Assembly: GCA_963785725.1 (NCBI GenBank)
Contig: CAWAWS010000020.1
Location: 1-64,000 of the forward strand
Direction of reading: 5' to 3'
DNA: 64,000 nt
From: an uncultured delta proteobacterium
GTDB lineage: Bacteria; Myxococcota_A; Polyangia; Palsa-1104
The stretch's first letter is position 1; each line of letters starts with the position of its first letter. The position numbers were made by a program, and so were the translations under genes. The notes under the pieces were generated by a model that was not told the origin of the DNA, made no database searches, and saw nothing but the letters and a program-made list of their open reading frames with translations. Positions 47,401 to 56,569 of the stretch are shown here, piece by piece.

Positions 47401-50400
47401 CGCCGATGCTGCCGCCCGAGCCGTTGGTGCCGAACGTGAAGCTGTAGCCGCTGCCGAAGCCGCCCGTCGCCGCGAAGGTCTGCGTGCCGCGCGGCGGAAG
47501 GTTGACGGAGAGCGGCGTGACGTGAATGCCGGTCGTGACGCTGACGGTGGCGCTGGCGACGTTGCCGAGCGAGTCGACGACGTTGATGACGTCGCTGGTG
47601 TCGCCGATGATGCCGGCCTGGTACGCGCCGGTACCACTGTTGAGCGTGCCGTGCGAGTTGTTGCTGCCGAACGACCAGGCGTAGCTCTTGCCGCTGCCGC
47701 CGCTGACCGCAAAGGTGAAGGTGCCGAGCGGCGGCAGGCTCTTCGTCGGCGGCGTGATGCTGACCGCCGGCCCGATGGTGACGTTGGTGGTGGCGACGTT
47801 GCCGAGCGAGTCGCTGACGCTGACGATGTCGATGACGCTGCCGATGGTGCCGGCTTTGTAGATGCCGCTCGTCGAGCCGATGCTGCCGCCCGACGGACCG
47901 GCCGCGAGCGACCAGGTGTAGCCCGTGCCGCTGCCGCCGGTGGCGCTGAAGCTGATGCTGGAGAGCGGCGCGATCGGGTTCGCGCTCGTCGGCGTGATGC
48001 TGATGCCGCTGCCGATGGTGATGACGACCGAGGTCTGGTTGCCGAGCGGATCGCTGACGGTGATGGTGTCTTTGCTGTTGCCGGTGGTGCCGGCTTTGTA
48101 GACGCCGGTGGTCGCGCCGATGGCGCCGCCCGAGGTCCCGACGAGCGTCCACGTGTAGCCGCTGCCGTAGCCGCCGGCGGCGATGAAGTCGATCATCGTG
48201 TCGGGCGGAACCGTCTCGGGGCCGGGCGCGACGAGGATGGCGACGCCGACGTTGATCGTGGCCGTGCCGGTGTTGCCGAGCGAGTCGGTGGCGACGAGGA
48301 CGTCGGCGACCGAGCCGGTGTGGCCGGCGACGTAGTTGCCGTTGCCGTCGACTTTGCCGCCCGACGCGTTGGTCTGGAACGACCAGGTGAAGCCGGTGTT
48401 GCTGCCGCCGCTCGCCGTGAACGCCTGCGGGCCGCCGGGCGGCGTCGAGGCGGTCGGCGGCGTGACGGTGACGCCGGCGGTGACCGCGACCGTGACCGAG
48501 GCGACGTTGTTGAAGGCGTCGGTGACGGTGACGACGTCGGTGCTGTTGCCGACGGCGCCCGCGGTGTAGACGCCGGTGCCGGCGTTGATGGTGCCGCCCG
48601 AGCCGCCGGTCAGCGACCAGGTGTACGGCGTCGTGCCGCCGGTCGCGCTGAACGGGATGGTCGCGCGCGGCGGCGTCGTCTGCGGGCTCGACTGCGTGAT
48701 CGACAGCGCGGCGCCGACGGTGACTTTGGCCGTGGCGCTGCCGCCGATCGAGTCGCTGACGGTGACGGTGTCGACGACGCCGCCGATCGGACCGGCCACG
48801 TAAGCGCCGCTGCCGGCGTTGATCGTCGCGTGCGAGTTGTTGGTGGTGACGGCGAAGCTGAAGCTGCCGTTGCCGCCCGAGGCCGTGAACGTTTGCGGCT
48901 GACCGGGCGAGAGCGTGACCTTCTTGGGCTTGATGGCGACGGCGGCGGTGACGTTGACGGTGGCCGTGCCCGTGTTGCCGAACGAGTCGGTGGCGGTGAT
49001 GGTGTCGGTCGCGCTGCCGGTCGGGCCGGCGACGTACGCGCCCGTCGTCGAGATGGTGCCGTTCGAATTATTGCTGGTGATGGCGAAGGTGAAGCCGGTG
49101 CCGCTGCCGCCCGTCGCCGTAAACTGCTGCGTGCCGTGCGGCGGCAAGGTCGCGGTCGGCGGAGCGACGGTGACGCCGGCGCCGATGGTGACGGTGGTGC
49201 ACGCGCTGCTGGCGGTCTTGTCGGTGACGCAGACGGTGTCGACGCCGCCGGGCGTGGTGCCGGCGGTGTAGAGGCCGCTCGTGCCGTTGATCGTGCTGCC
49301 GGAGGTCGTGACGGTGACCTCCCACGTGTACGGCGCGTTGCCGCCCGAGGCCGTGAACGGCTGCGTGCCGCGCGGCGCCACCGTCGGCTTGAGCGGGGCG
49401 ATCGCGAGCGCGGCCCCGACGGTGACCTTGGCCGTCGCAGTGTTGCCGACGCTGTCGGTGACGTTGACGACGTCGGTGACATTGGGCGTCGTGCCGGCGG
49501 TGTAGTTGCCGAGCGAGTCGATGGTGCCGCCCGAGCCGTTCGGCGCCAACGTCCACGTAAAGCCGGTGCCGCTGCCGCCGCTGGCGGCGAACGCCTGCGT
49601 GCCGCGCGGTCCGGTGCTGGCCGTCGCCGGCGTGATGACGAGCGGCCCGCTGACCGTGACCGTGGCCGTCGCCGTGCTGCCGTTCGAGTCGGTGGCGGTG
49701 ACGACGTCGACGCTGTTGCCGGTGAGGCCGGCGATGTAGACGCCGCTGCTGCTGATGGTGGCGCCCGACTTGTTGGTCGTGACGACCCAGCTCGCGATGG
49801 TGCCGCTGCCGCCGGTGGTCACGAAGCCGACGGTGCCGTGCGGCGACGTGTTGGCGGCCGTCGGCGAGACGGCCAAGCAGGCGCTGACCGTGATGCTGGC
49901 GGCGGCCGTGTTGTTGAGGCTGTCGCGCACGCCGATCGTGTCGGTGACGTTGCAGCCGGCGCCCGCATGGTAGACGCCGGTCGACGGATCGATCGAGCCG
50001 CCCGACGCGATGTTGATGGCCGACCAGGTGAACGTCTTGTTGCTGCCGCCCTGCGCCACGAAGCCGATGGTGCCGTGCGGCGCGATCGTCGGCGCCGGCG
50101 GCGAGATCGTGACGCCGGGCCCGACGCTGACGTTGATGTTGAGGCTGTTGCCGGCGCTGTCGACGACGTGGACGATGTCGGTGACGCTGGCGGTGGCGCC
50201 GGCGGTGTAGATGCCGGTCACCGGGTCGATCGAGCCGCCGGACAAGTTGGTCGGCAGCGTCCAGCCGAAGCCGCCGTTGCTGCCGCCCGACGCCATGAAC
50301 ATGATGGTGCCGCGCGGCGAGGTCGAAGCGGGCGACGGCATGACGGTGAGCGTCGGGCCGACGCTGACCGTGGCGGTGATGCTGTCGCCGATCGAGTCGA

Positions 50401-52426
50401 CGAGCTTGACGAGGTCGGTGCCGCTGTTGCCGCCGGCGGTGTAGAAGCCGCTCGTGGTGATGCTGCCGCCGGACGAGCCGGTGAGCGAGAACTGGTAGCC
50501 GCCGCTGCCGCCCGACGGCGTGAACGTGAGCGTGCCGTGCGGATAGGTGCTGCCGCCCGGCGGCGTCATGGCGAGCGCGGCGGTGACGGCGATGCTGGCG
50601 GTGGCGACGTTGCCGAGGCTGTCGCTGGCGACGATGGTGTCGGTGACGCTGCCGGTGCCGCCGGCGTGATAGGTGCAGCTGCCGGTGCCGTCGAGCGTGC
50701 CGACCGAGTTGTTGCTGCCGAACGCGCAATGAAGGTTGATGCCACTGCCGCCCGACGGCGTGAACGCGACCGTGCCGTGCGGATAGATGCTGGCGCTCGG
50801 CGGCGACAAGCTGACACCGGGACCGACCAGGACCTGAGCCGTGACGCTCAAGCCCGCGGCATCGGTGACCTGTACGACGTCGGTGACACCGCCGAAGGGC
50901 CCGGCGACGTAGAGGCCGCTGGCGTTGATGCTGCCGCCCGACGGCGCCGAGGCCATCGAATAGGCGTACGGCGCGGTGCCGCCCGTCGTCGTGAACTGCT
51001 GGTTGCCGCGCGGCGGCGTCGTGGCCGACGGCGGCGAGAGGACCGGCTGCGGCCGCGCGCTGACGGTGACCTTGGCGGTGGTGCTGGCGCCGAGGCTGTC
51101 GGTGGCCTTGACGACGTCGACGCCGGCGACGCTGCCCGCGAGGTAGACGCCGCTCGTCTGGCTGATCGTGGCGCCCGACACGTTCGTCGCCAGCGTCCAC
51201 GTGTAGCCGGTGCCGCTGCCGCCCGACGCCGAGAAATCGACGGTGCCGCCGGTGAACGCCGCGGCCGGCGACGGCGAGATGCTGATTGACGGACCGACCG
51301 TGACCGTCACCTGCGCCACGTTGCCGAGGCTGTCGACGACATGGACGACGTCGCTGACGCTGCCCTTGTCGCCGGCGAAGTAGAGGCCGGCCGCGCTGAT
51401 GGAGCCGCCCGAGTTGTTCGTCGGCAACGTCCAGGTGAAGCCGACGCCGCTGCCGCCCGAGGCCATGAACATGACGGGCGCGCGCGGCGTCACCGACGGG
51501 GCCGCCGGCAGGACGACGATGGCGCTGCCGACGTTGATGGTGGCGCTGGCGGTGTGGCCGGCGGCGTCGCTGACCTGCACGACGTCGCTGACGCTGCCGG
51601 TGGCGCCGGCGACGTAGGCGCCGGTCGTCGCGTTGAGCGTGGCGCCCGAGTGGTTGGCGACGAACGAATAGGTGTACGGGCTGGTGCCGCCGGACGAGAA
51701 GAACGTGAACGCGGTGTGCGGCGCCACCGTCGCCGTCGTCGGCGAGATGACGAGCGCCGCGTCGGCGTAGAGGTCGAGCGCCCGCGTTCCCGACGACACG
51801 AGCGGCGAGAAGCGCGCCGGATAGGTGTCGAAGGCTTCGTAGGCGAAGCTGCTCAGCGCCAGCTGCGTCACCGTATTGATTCCGGTTAATAGCGGGCTGG
51901 CCGGCGCGTTGATGACGGTCGGGTTGGCGGCCAGCGCGGCGCCGCTGAAGACGCCGAACGGCGACAACAGATCGGCGCGCACGGCGGCGATGCAGCCGAG
52001 CTCGATGAAGAGGCCGGTCTTGCCGCCGGTGGCGTTGTTGCCGAGACCGCCGACCCACTTGGCGCTGTTGGCGATATAAGTCGCGGCGACGGTCTGGAAC
52101 TGCGCGTGGAAGTCGGCGTCGGCGCCGCTGATGTGGATGCGGCCGGTGACGGCGGCGGCCCACGTGGCGCGGTTGGCGGCGGCGGTGTCGAAGATGGTCG
52201 GCGTCGTGGCGCAGTTGTTGTCGTCGAGCCAGAGCGCGTCGTAGGCGCCGAACTGCGCGGTCGTCATCGCCGCCCACTGCGCCGCCGTCGCGGTCGTGAC
52301 GGTGGCGCCGGTCGGGAAGTGCGAGGTCGCGGTCGTGCCGCCCGGGCCGTAAACGAGGATTTTCTGCGCCTGCGCGACGTTTGCCGTGCCGACCAGAAGC
52401 GCCAATGCCAACGCGAAACGTTTCAT
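44468..52426 (-). CDS. Giant surface protein: N-terminal head, 30 tandem ~79-aa Ig-like repeats, MYXO-CTERM-like anchor
   Basis: Signal peptide MKRFALALA; repeat F.ASGGSG.GY.W....SGG.I...TG.Y.AG....D.V.V.DSLGN; tail GCQTGG...FTLFALAAAIFIRRRR. Confidence 0.9.
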   Translation of the reverse strand: MKRFALALALLVGTANVAQAQKILVYGPGGTTATSHFPTGATVTTATAAQWAAMTTAQFGAYDALWLDDNNCATTPTIFDTAAANRATWAAAVTGRIHISGADADFHAQFQTVAATYIANSAKWVGGLGNNATGGKTGLFIELGCIAAVRADLLSPFGVFSGAALAANPTVINAPASPLLTGINTVTQLALSSFAYEAFDTYPARFSPLVSSGTRALDLYADAALVISPTTATVAPHTAFTFFSSGGTSPYTYSFVANHSGATLNATTGAYVAGATGSVSDVVQVSDAAGHTASATINVGSAIVVLPAAPSVTPRAPVMFMASGGSGVGFTWTLPTNNSGGSISAAGLYFAGDKGSVSDVVHVVDSLGNVAQVTVTVGPSISISPSPAAAFTGGTVDFSASGGSGTGYTWTLATNVSGATISQTSGVYLAGSVAGVDVVKATDSLGASTTAKVTVSARPQPVLSPPSATTPPRGNQQFTTTGGTAPYAYSMASAPSGGSINASGLYVAGPFGGVTDVVQVTDAAGLSVTAQVLVGPGVSLSPPSASIYPHGTVAFTPSGGSGINLHCAFGSNNSVGTLDGTGSCTYHAGGTGSVTDTIVASDSLGNVATASIAVTAALAMTPPGGSTYPHGTLTFTPSGGSGGYQFSLTGSSGGSITTSGFYTAGGNSGTDLVKLVDSIGDSITATVSVGPTLTVMPSPASTSPRGTIMFMASGGSNGGFGWTLPTNLSGGSIDPVTGIYTAGATASVTDIVHVVDSAGNSLNINVSVGPGVTISPPAPTIAPHGTIGFVAQGGSNKTFTWSAINIASGGSIDPSTGVYHAGAGCNVTDTIGVRDSLNNTAAASITVSACLAVSPTAANTSPHGTVGFVTTGGSGTIASWVVTTNKSGATISSSGVYIAGLTGNSVDVVTATDSNGSTATATVTVSGPLVITPATASTGPRGTQAFAASGGSGTGFTWTLAPNGSGGTIDSLGNYTAGTTPNVTDVVNVTDSVGNTATAKVTVGAALAIAPLKPTVAPRGTQPFTASGGNAPYTWEVTVTTSGSTINGTSGLYTAGTTPGGVDTVCVTDKTASSACTTVTIGAGVTVAPPTATLPPHGTQQFTATGGSGTGFTFAITSNNSNGTISTTGAYVAGPTGSATDTITATDSFGNTGTATVNVTAAVAIKPKKVTLSPGQPQTFTASGGNGSFSFAVTTNNSHATINAGSGAYVAGPIGGVVDTVTVSDSIGGSATAKVTVGAALSITQSSPQTTPPRATIPFSATGGTTPYTWSLTGGSGGTINAGTGVYTAGAVGNSTDVVTVTDAFNNVASVTVAVTAGVTVTPPTASTPPGGPQAFTASGGSNTGFTWSFQTNASGGKVDGNGNYVAGHTGSVADVLVATDSLGNTGTATINVGVAILVAPGPETVPPDTMIDFIAAGGYGSGYTWTLVGTSGGAIGATTGVYKAGTTGNSKDTITVSDPLGNQTSVVITIGSGISITPTSANPIAPLSSISFSATGGSGTGYTWSLAAGPSGGSIGSTSGIYKAGTIGSVIDIVSVSDSLGNVATTNVTIGPAVSITPPTKSLPPLGTFTFAVSGGSGKSYAWSFGSNNSHGTLNSGTGAYQAGIIGDTSDVINVVDSLGNVASATVSVTTGIHVTPLSVNLPPRGTQTFAATGGFGSGYSFTFGTNGSGGSIGGSSGSYMAGNIGSTTDTIVVTDPLGNIGMASVTVGAVVTITPAAPSTSPRGTLDFQATGGSNTGFVWSVSAGLGTGGSGGKIDATGLYTAGSIGPASDVVSVTDSLGNIASVSVSVGAGVSINPANPHLPPHGNQQFMAQGGTGSDYTWVLASAPSGGGINPSTGAYFAGPNGNTTDVVVATDPVGNTATTNAFITAGLSITPASASLFPLGKQTFSVTGGSGGGYTWSLTDNASQGSIDANLGTYVAGPIGGVSDTVTVMDSLGNELDAVVTVGPALAFVPAAAISPPRGHLPLQAQGGAGGNVYSFAQVGSGSGASVNPTTGDYVAGSIGSTTDVVRVTDANGATALFTVTVGPVVSLSPAAPSSPPRGSLTFTAVGGSGVGFVFSIGNHPSGGSIDATGHYTAGAIGNVTDVVNVIDSLGNTASVNVSVGNGIGINPAAPSTPPLGSLTLIASGGSGGNYTWSLGTNASGGSINATNGSYLAGTTGNVTDIVNVIDNLGNTASVNVTVTAGVTATPMVANVAPLGGATFSVSGGSGTGYHWLFITNNSGATINKQTGAYVAGSIGGVTDFLAVADSLGNRATPTVVVGPMLTLTPAAAAAPPHGSVTFTASGGLGGYVFSLAANGSGGSVAQSGLYTAGGMGNATDRVQVVDSNGAIAIARVSVGAGISIVPNAATAVAKESIAFLATGGSGSGYVWTLSPNNSKGTIDASSGIYTAGKKVNVTDIVQVTDPLGNTASADVVVGTGVTLAPVNPTVPPRGSIAFQSTGGSGAYSWRFVTNASGASVNANGGYTAGLIGSVNDVIEVTDAVGDEASTTISVGPAISVTPLSPMVASGRTIHFQVGGGSGTGYVWSILTAGSTSTIDPSSGTYIAGTSGTTDTVQVIDSLGNTALVSVGINANAKPAASKLALARHQQQQQALLAAQQVTAARANAATAAKAAGCQTGGPGTPNGGSFTLFALAAAIFIRRRRALR

Positions 52427-52805
52427 GGGATTTCCCCCGCCCGAGTTCAAATGCTCCCAATCGAGGCGGCGGCGTCGAATTCACCGCGACAATTTCCCCG
52501 ATTGGTATGCGCGGTCTATCACTTCTCATTGCGCTTCGGTTGAGCCGCGAACCGCTAGCGTTTCGGTAGGATGCGCGCGCAATGGAAGTCAACGCGCGTT
52601 GACATCGGATCGATTACGAACAGCGAGGGAAAGCGAGGATTGATTACAGAAAGCGGACGCTGTGACTAATTGCCGCAGGTGTTAGTCGCGGCGCATTGAC
52701 AGTGACACTGCAATTATCGCCCTATACGAGTGCAGTCGTTCGGCGCGCTCGCGCACGCGAGTCGGGCGCGCCGGTGACGCGCCGGCAGCGACGCCGCGAC
52801 GGCCG

Positions 52806-53669
52806 CTACTTGCCCCACCACAACGGCGCGCCCGACGGCGCGCGCACTTCGACGTAGTGCGTGTCGCCGACGAGATCGGTGCCGGTGACGGTCAAATAGG
52901 CGCCGGGATGGCCTTCGGTTCCCGTCGACCAGACGGCGTTGCCGTAGACGTCGTAGAGGACGAAGTCGCCGTCCGCCTGCATGATGGCGACCGCGGCATC
53001 GTTGGTGTTCGACGCCCACACCTCCACTTGCGAGACGATCGGATGCGGGCCGAACAGGAGGATGGTCTGCCACAAGACGAGGTTGCCGTCGTCGCCGAGC
53101 TCGAGCGTGAAGAGGCCCGAGGTGATGCTGTCGTTGCCGCTGACGCCGCGCGAGAGCGCCTGACCGCTCACGAGCTGGCTCGTGGCTTTGGCGAGCGAGC
53201 CGTTGGTCAGGCCGAACGAGAAGACGCAGCCGTCCTGCCCAGCGCCGGCGAGGCCGCCCGAGAGCGTCGCCGCCGTGAAGCCGCTGGCGGTGCTGACGTT
53301 CGAGCTGCACACCTGACCCGTTCCGTGCGCCCAGCCCCACGGGACCGACCACTTGAACGTTCCCACTTGCGGGATGGTCACCGAGCCGCCCGTGCCTTGG
53401 GGCAGGATGCCGCCGTTCGACTGCGTGTTGATGACCATGGACTGGCCGGGTCCGAGGACGCCGGCCGGCGCGCCGCTGGCCGTCGTGCTGCCGCTGCCGA
53501 CCCAGACGCCGCTGACGGTGCCGGTGATGCCGGTGAACGTGTTCTGCGTGTCGTTGACGAGCGTGATGGACGCGGACATCGTCTGCGCCGCGGCCGAGCC
53601 GGCGTGCAAGGCGACGACCGCGCAGGCGAAGGCCGCGAACGAGAAGAGGCGGAGCGAGCGTCGTAACAT
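52806..53669 (-). CDS. Secreted protein: aegerolysin-like beta-sandwich plus bulb-type (B) lectin domain
   Basis: Signal peptide; DDGNLVLW...VWASNT...MQADGDFVLY...VWSTGT B-lectin repeats; N-terminal ITLVNDT...PAGVLGPG...GTGGSV...WSVPW. Confidence 0.7.
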   Translation of the reverse strand: MLRRSLRLFSFAAFACAVVALHAGSAAAQTMSASITLVNDTQNTFTGITGTVSGVWVGSGSTTASGAPAGVLGPGQSMVINTQSNGGILPQGTGGSVTIPQVGTFKWSVPWGWAHGTGQVCSSNVSTASGFTAATLSGGLAGAGQDGCVFSFGLTNGSLAKATSQLVSGQALSRGVSGNDSITSGLFTLELGDDGNLVLWQTILLFGPHPIVSQVEVWASNTNDAAVAIMQADGDFVLYDVYGNAVWSTGTEGHPGAYLTVTGTDLVGDTHYVEVRAPSGAPLWWGK

Positions 53670-53912
53670 GAGCGTTCCTTTGGTCGAAGTTGAGCTGCCG
53701 CGAGCGGACCGGCGTCATGCGCGACCCGCCCGCAGCGTTGAGGAGCGCCGTCCGCCGATGTCGCGCGCGCGTGCGGCAGCGCACGGGCTGCCGACAAACG
53801 TGAGCAGCGGCCGCGACGGCGTCTTCGCCTGCTCGCTCGACGACGACGATCGCGGTGCAGATGCGTCTTTAGGAAGTGAGCGTCGCGGAGCGCGCGCGCC
53901 CGACGGCGACGT

Positions 53913-54281
53913 TTACTGCAGGTCGCGGCCGAACGGCATGAGCGCGAGCGGAACCAGCTTCAGATGCTGCACGGCGAAGGGAATGCCGACGATGGTCAGC
54001 CCGAACACGAGCGCCCAGACGAGGTGATTGAGCGCGATGGTCCAGCCGAACGTCACGATCCACAAGATGTTCAAGACGAGGCGGCCGAGGCTGTTGGCGT
54101 CGGGGCGTTCGACGAGCTGCTTGCCGAACGGCGCCGCCGTCGCGAAGCCGAGGCGCATGAAGGCGAGGCCGAACGGAATGCCGATGATCGTGAGGCACAA
54201 GACGAGGCCGCCGATGACGTAGAGGAAGAAGGTGATGAAGCCGCCAAAGACGAACCATAAAATGTTCCCGAGGAAGCTCAT
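53913..54281 (-). CDS. YccF-domain membrane protein
   Basis: Two NILW...G...TI(I/V)GIPF...PFG repeats. Confidence 0.9.
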   Translation of the reverse strand: MSFLGNILWFVFGGFITFFLYVIGGLVLCLTIIGIPFGLAFMRLGFATAAPFGKQLVERPDANSLGRLVLNILWIVTFGWTIALNHLVWALVFGLTIVGIPFAVQHLKLVPLALMPFGRDLQ

Positions 54282-54357
54282 GCCCCCATCATAACCGCGC
54301 CGGGCCTGTCGCCATTCCCCATCGCCGCTCCTGCGTGCCGTATCCATTCGTTTTTAT

Positions 54358-54366
54358 TGATATAAT
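54358..54366 (+). promoter_or_regulatory. Extended -10 promoter candidate
   Basis: TGATATAAT in an AT-rich divergent intergenic region. Confidence 0.45.
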
Positions 54367-54416
54367 TAAGAATGACGGCGCGTGAAGGTTTTGGACCGAC
54401 GAGGCCATTCACCGGC

Positions 54417-55799
54417 ATGCGCGCCTCCATCGTCGTGTTGCTGCTCTCGGTCGGATGCAATCCTTCGCAGGCGCCGATTTCGCACGGCAACGGGGGCGGC
54501 GGTGGTTCGACCAGCGGCGCGGGCGGCGGCGGTTCGGCCGGCGGCGGCGGTTCGGCCGGCGGCACCGGCAGCAGCGGCGGCGGCGGCAGCGCCGGCAACA
54601 CGTTCGGCGCCAGCTGTAACGGCAAGGTGACGACCATCAGCGGCGTCGTCAAAGCGCCCAACGGCATCGATCCCATCAGCAACGCGCTGGTCTACGTGCC
54701 GTCGGCGACGGGCGCGTTTCCGCCGGGCGTCAGCTGCGACTTGTGCATCATGCCGGTCGATTCGATCGCCGCCCACACGACGACGAACGCCGACGGCACC
54801 TTCACGCTCGACGTCTCGAGCGTGGCGCAGGCGAGCCAGCTGCCGTTCACCATCAGCAAAGGGCGCTTTCGTCGCGCGACGACGCTGACGATGACGCCGT
54901 GCCAGGACAATCCCGTGGGCGCGCCCAATACGGTGTTGCCGGGCAAGACGGCGCCCGGCGACGACATCCCCAAGATCGCCGTGTCGACGGGCTCGAAGGA
55001 CGCGCTCGACGTGGTGTTGACGGCGATGGGGCTCGACTCGACGGTCGGCTACGACTGCTTCGAGAATCAGGCGACGCCGGTGACGACGCCGACGAGCTCG
55101 TGCGAGAAGCGGCTGGCGGCGCAAGGCACGAGCGCGCCGCAGCTGGCGGCGCTGCTCAAGGACGCGACGCAGCTCGCGCAATACAACATGCTGTTCATCT
55201 CCTGCGCCGTCGGTCGCTTCGCGGCGCTGTCGGCGGCCGATCAGGCGACGATCGTGGCCAATCTGCAGGCCTGGGTGGCCAAAGGCGGCCGGCTCTTCGC
55301 CGTCGACCGCGCCTACGACTACGTCTCGCAGGCGTTCCCCAACGACGTCGGCTTCGTGGGCGGCGCGACCGTCGACGCCGCCAACGTCGGCGTGGGCAGC
55401 GCATCGTCGCCGGCGACCTATGCGGGCCGCGTCAACGACACGACGCTGGCCGAGTGGCTGACGGCGGTGGGCGCGCTGACCAACGGGCAGAGCACGATCT
55501 CGCTGACGGGCTACCTGACGCAGTGGTCGGTGGTGCAGACGCTGCCGATGACGAGCGCGGACGAAGTGGACGCGACCAACGCGCAGGTCGACATCAGCAA
55601 CACGACGACGACGGGCATCTATCCGCAGACGGTGAAGTTCGACGTGCCGGCGGACTCCATGAGCGCCTGCGGCCGCGTCGTGTTCTCGTCGTACCACACG
55701 CTGGGCGCGACGACGAGCACGACGCTGACGCCGCAAGAGCAGATCTTGGAGTATCTGATGTTGGAAGCGGGCGCCTGCTTGGGCGCGCCGATCACGTAG
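54417..55799 (+). CDS. Lipoprotein with a Gly-rich linker and a carboxypeptidase-regulatory-like domain
   Basis: Lipobox SVGC; ISGVVKAPNG...NALVYVP; KGRFRR; CGRVVFSSYHT; LTPQEQILEYL. Confidence 0.8.
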   Translation: MRASIVVLLLSVGCNPSQAPISHGNGGGGGSTSGAGGGGSAGGGGSAGGTGSSGGGGSAGNTFGASCNGKVTTISGVVKAPNGIDPISNALVYVPSATGAFPPGVSCDLCIMPVDSIAAHTTTNADGTFTLDVSSVAQASQLPFTISKGRFRRATTLTMTPCQDNPVGAPNTVLPGKTAPGDDIPKIAVSTGSKDALDVVLTAMGLDSTVGYDCFENQATPVTTPTSSCEKRLAAQGTSAPQLAALLKDATQLAQYNMLFISCAVGRFAALSAADQATIVANLQAWVAKGGRLFAVDRAYDYVSQAFPNDVGFVGGATVDAANVGVGSASSPATYAGRVNDTTLAEWLTAVGALTNGQSTISLTGYLTQWSVVQTLPMTSADEVDATNAQVDISNTTTTGIYPQTVKFDVPADSMSACGRVVFSSYHTLGATTSTTLTPQEQILEYLMLEAGACLGAPIT

Positions 55800-55896
55800 C
55801 TGCGGCGTTTTGTCGCGCGGCCGAATTCAGCTCGGCGACTGCTTATCATGACAGTCGCGCGCATCGCCGTCCGATCCGCGTGTTAAGCTCTCGCGC

Positions 55897-56538
55897 ATGA
55901 AAGTCATCGTCTTCGGCGCCACCGGCATGGTCGGGCAAGGCGTGCTGCGCGAATGCCTGCTCGACCCCGACGTCACCGCGGTCACCGCCGTGCTGCGCTC
56001 GCCGAGCCCGCTCGAGCACGCCAAGCTGCGCGTCCTCGTGCACGCCGACTTCACCGACTTCTCCGCCGTGCAGCTCGACGGCGACGCCTGCTTCTGGTGC
56101 CTCGGCGTCACGTCGTCGGGCATGACCGAAGCCGATTACACGCGCATCACTTACGATTACACGATGGCGGCCGCCAAAGTGCTGGCGCGCCCGAGCCTGA
56201 CCTTCGTCTTCGTGTCCGGCACCGGCGCCGACGGCAAAGCGATGTGGGCGCGCGTGAAAAAGAAGACCGAGCAGGCGCTATTCGAGCTGCCCTTCAAGGC
56301 CGTCTATGTCTTTCGTCCGGGCATGATTCAAGCGCTGCACGGAATCAAGTCGCGCACGCGCCTCTACAACATTCTCTATCCCATCTTGGCGCCGGTGATT
56401 CTGCTGGCCAAGCTGCTCGTGCCGAAACACGTCACGACGACGGAGCGCGTGGGCAAAGCCATGCTGCGCGTCGCCAAACAGGGATACGCCAAGAATATCC
56501 TCGAGAATCCCGATATCAATACCGCGTCCGGCCATTGA
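55897..56538 (+). CDS. NAD(P)-binding epimerase-like protein
   Basis: FGATGMVGQG and CFWCLG motifs. Confidence 0.85.
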   Translation: MKVIVFGATGMVGQGVLRECLLDPDVTAVTAVLRSPSPLEHAKLRVLVHADFTDFSAVQLDGDACFWCLGVTSSGMTEADYTRITYDYTMAAAKVLARPSLTFVFVSGTGADGKAMWARVKKKTEQALFELPFKAVYVFRPGMIQALHGIKSRTRLYNILYPILAPVILLAKLLVPKHVTTTERVGKAMLRVAKQGYAKNILENPDINTASGH

Positions 56539-56569
56539 TGGTCGGTTAGCGTGCTAAGTAAACGCGCGT

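Noticed and set aside
44642..51289. 2215-aa plus-strand ORF and other long ORFs overlapping the giant gene
   Set aside because: Antisense or alternate-frame shadows of a GC-rich repetitive gene; Arg/Gly/Asp-biased with no recognisable motifs
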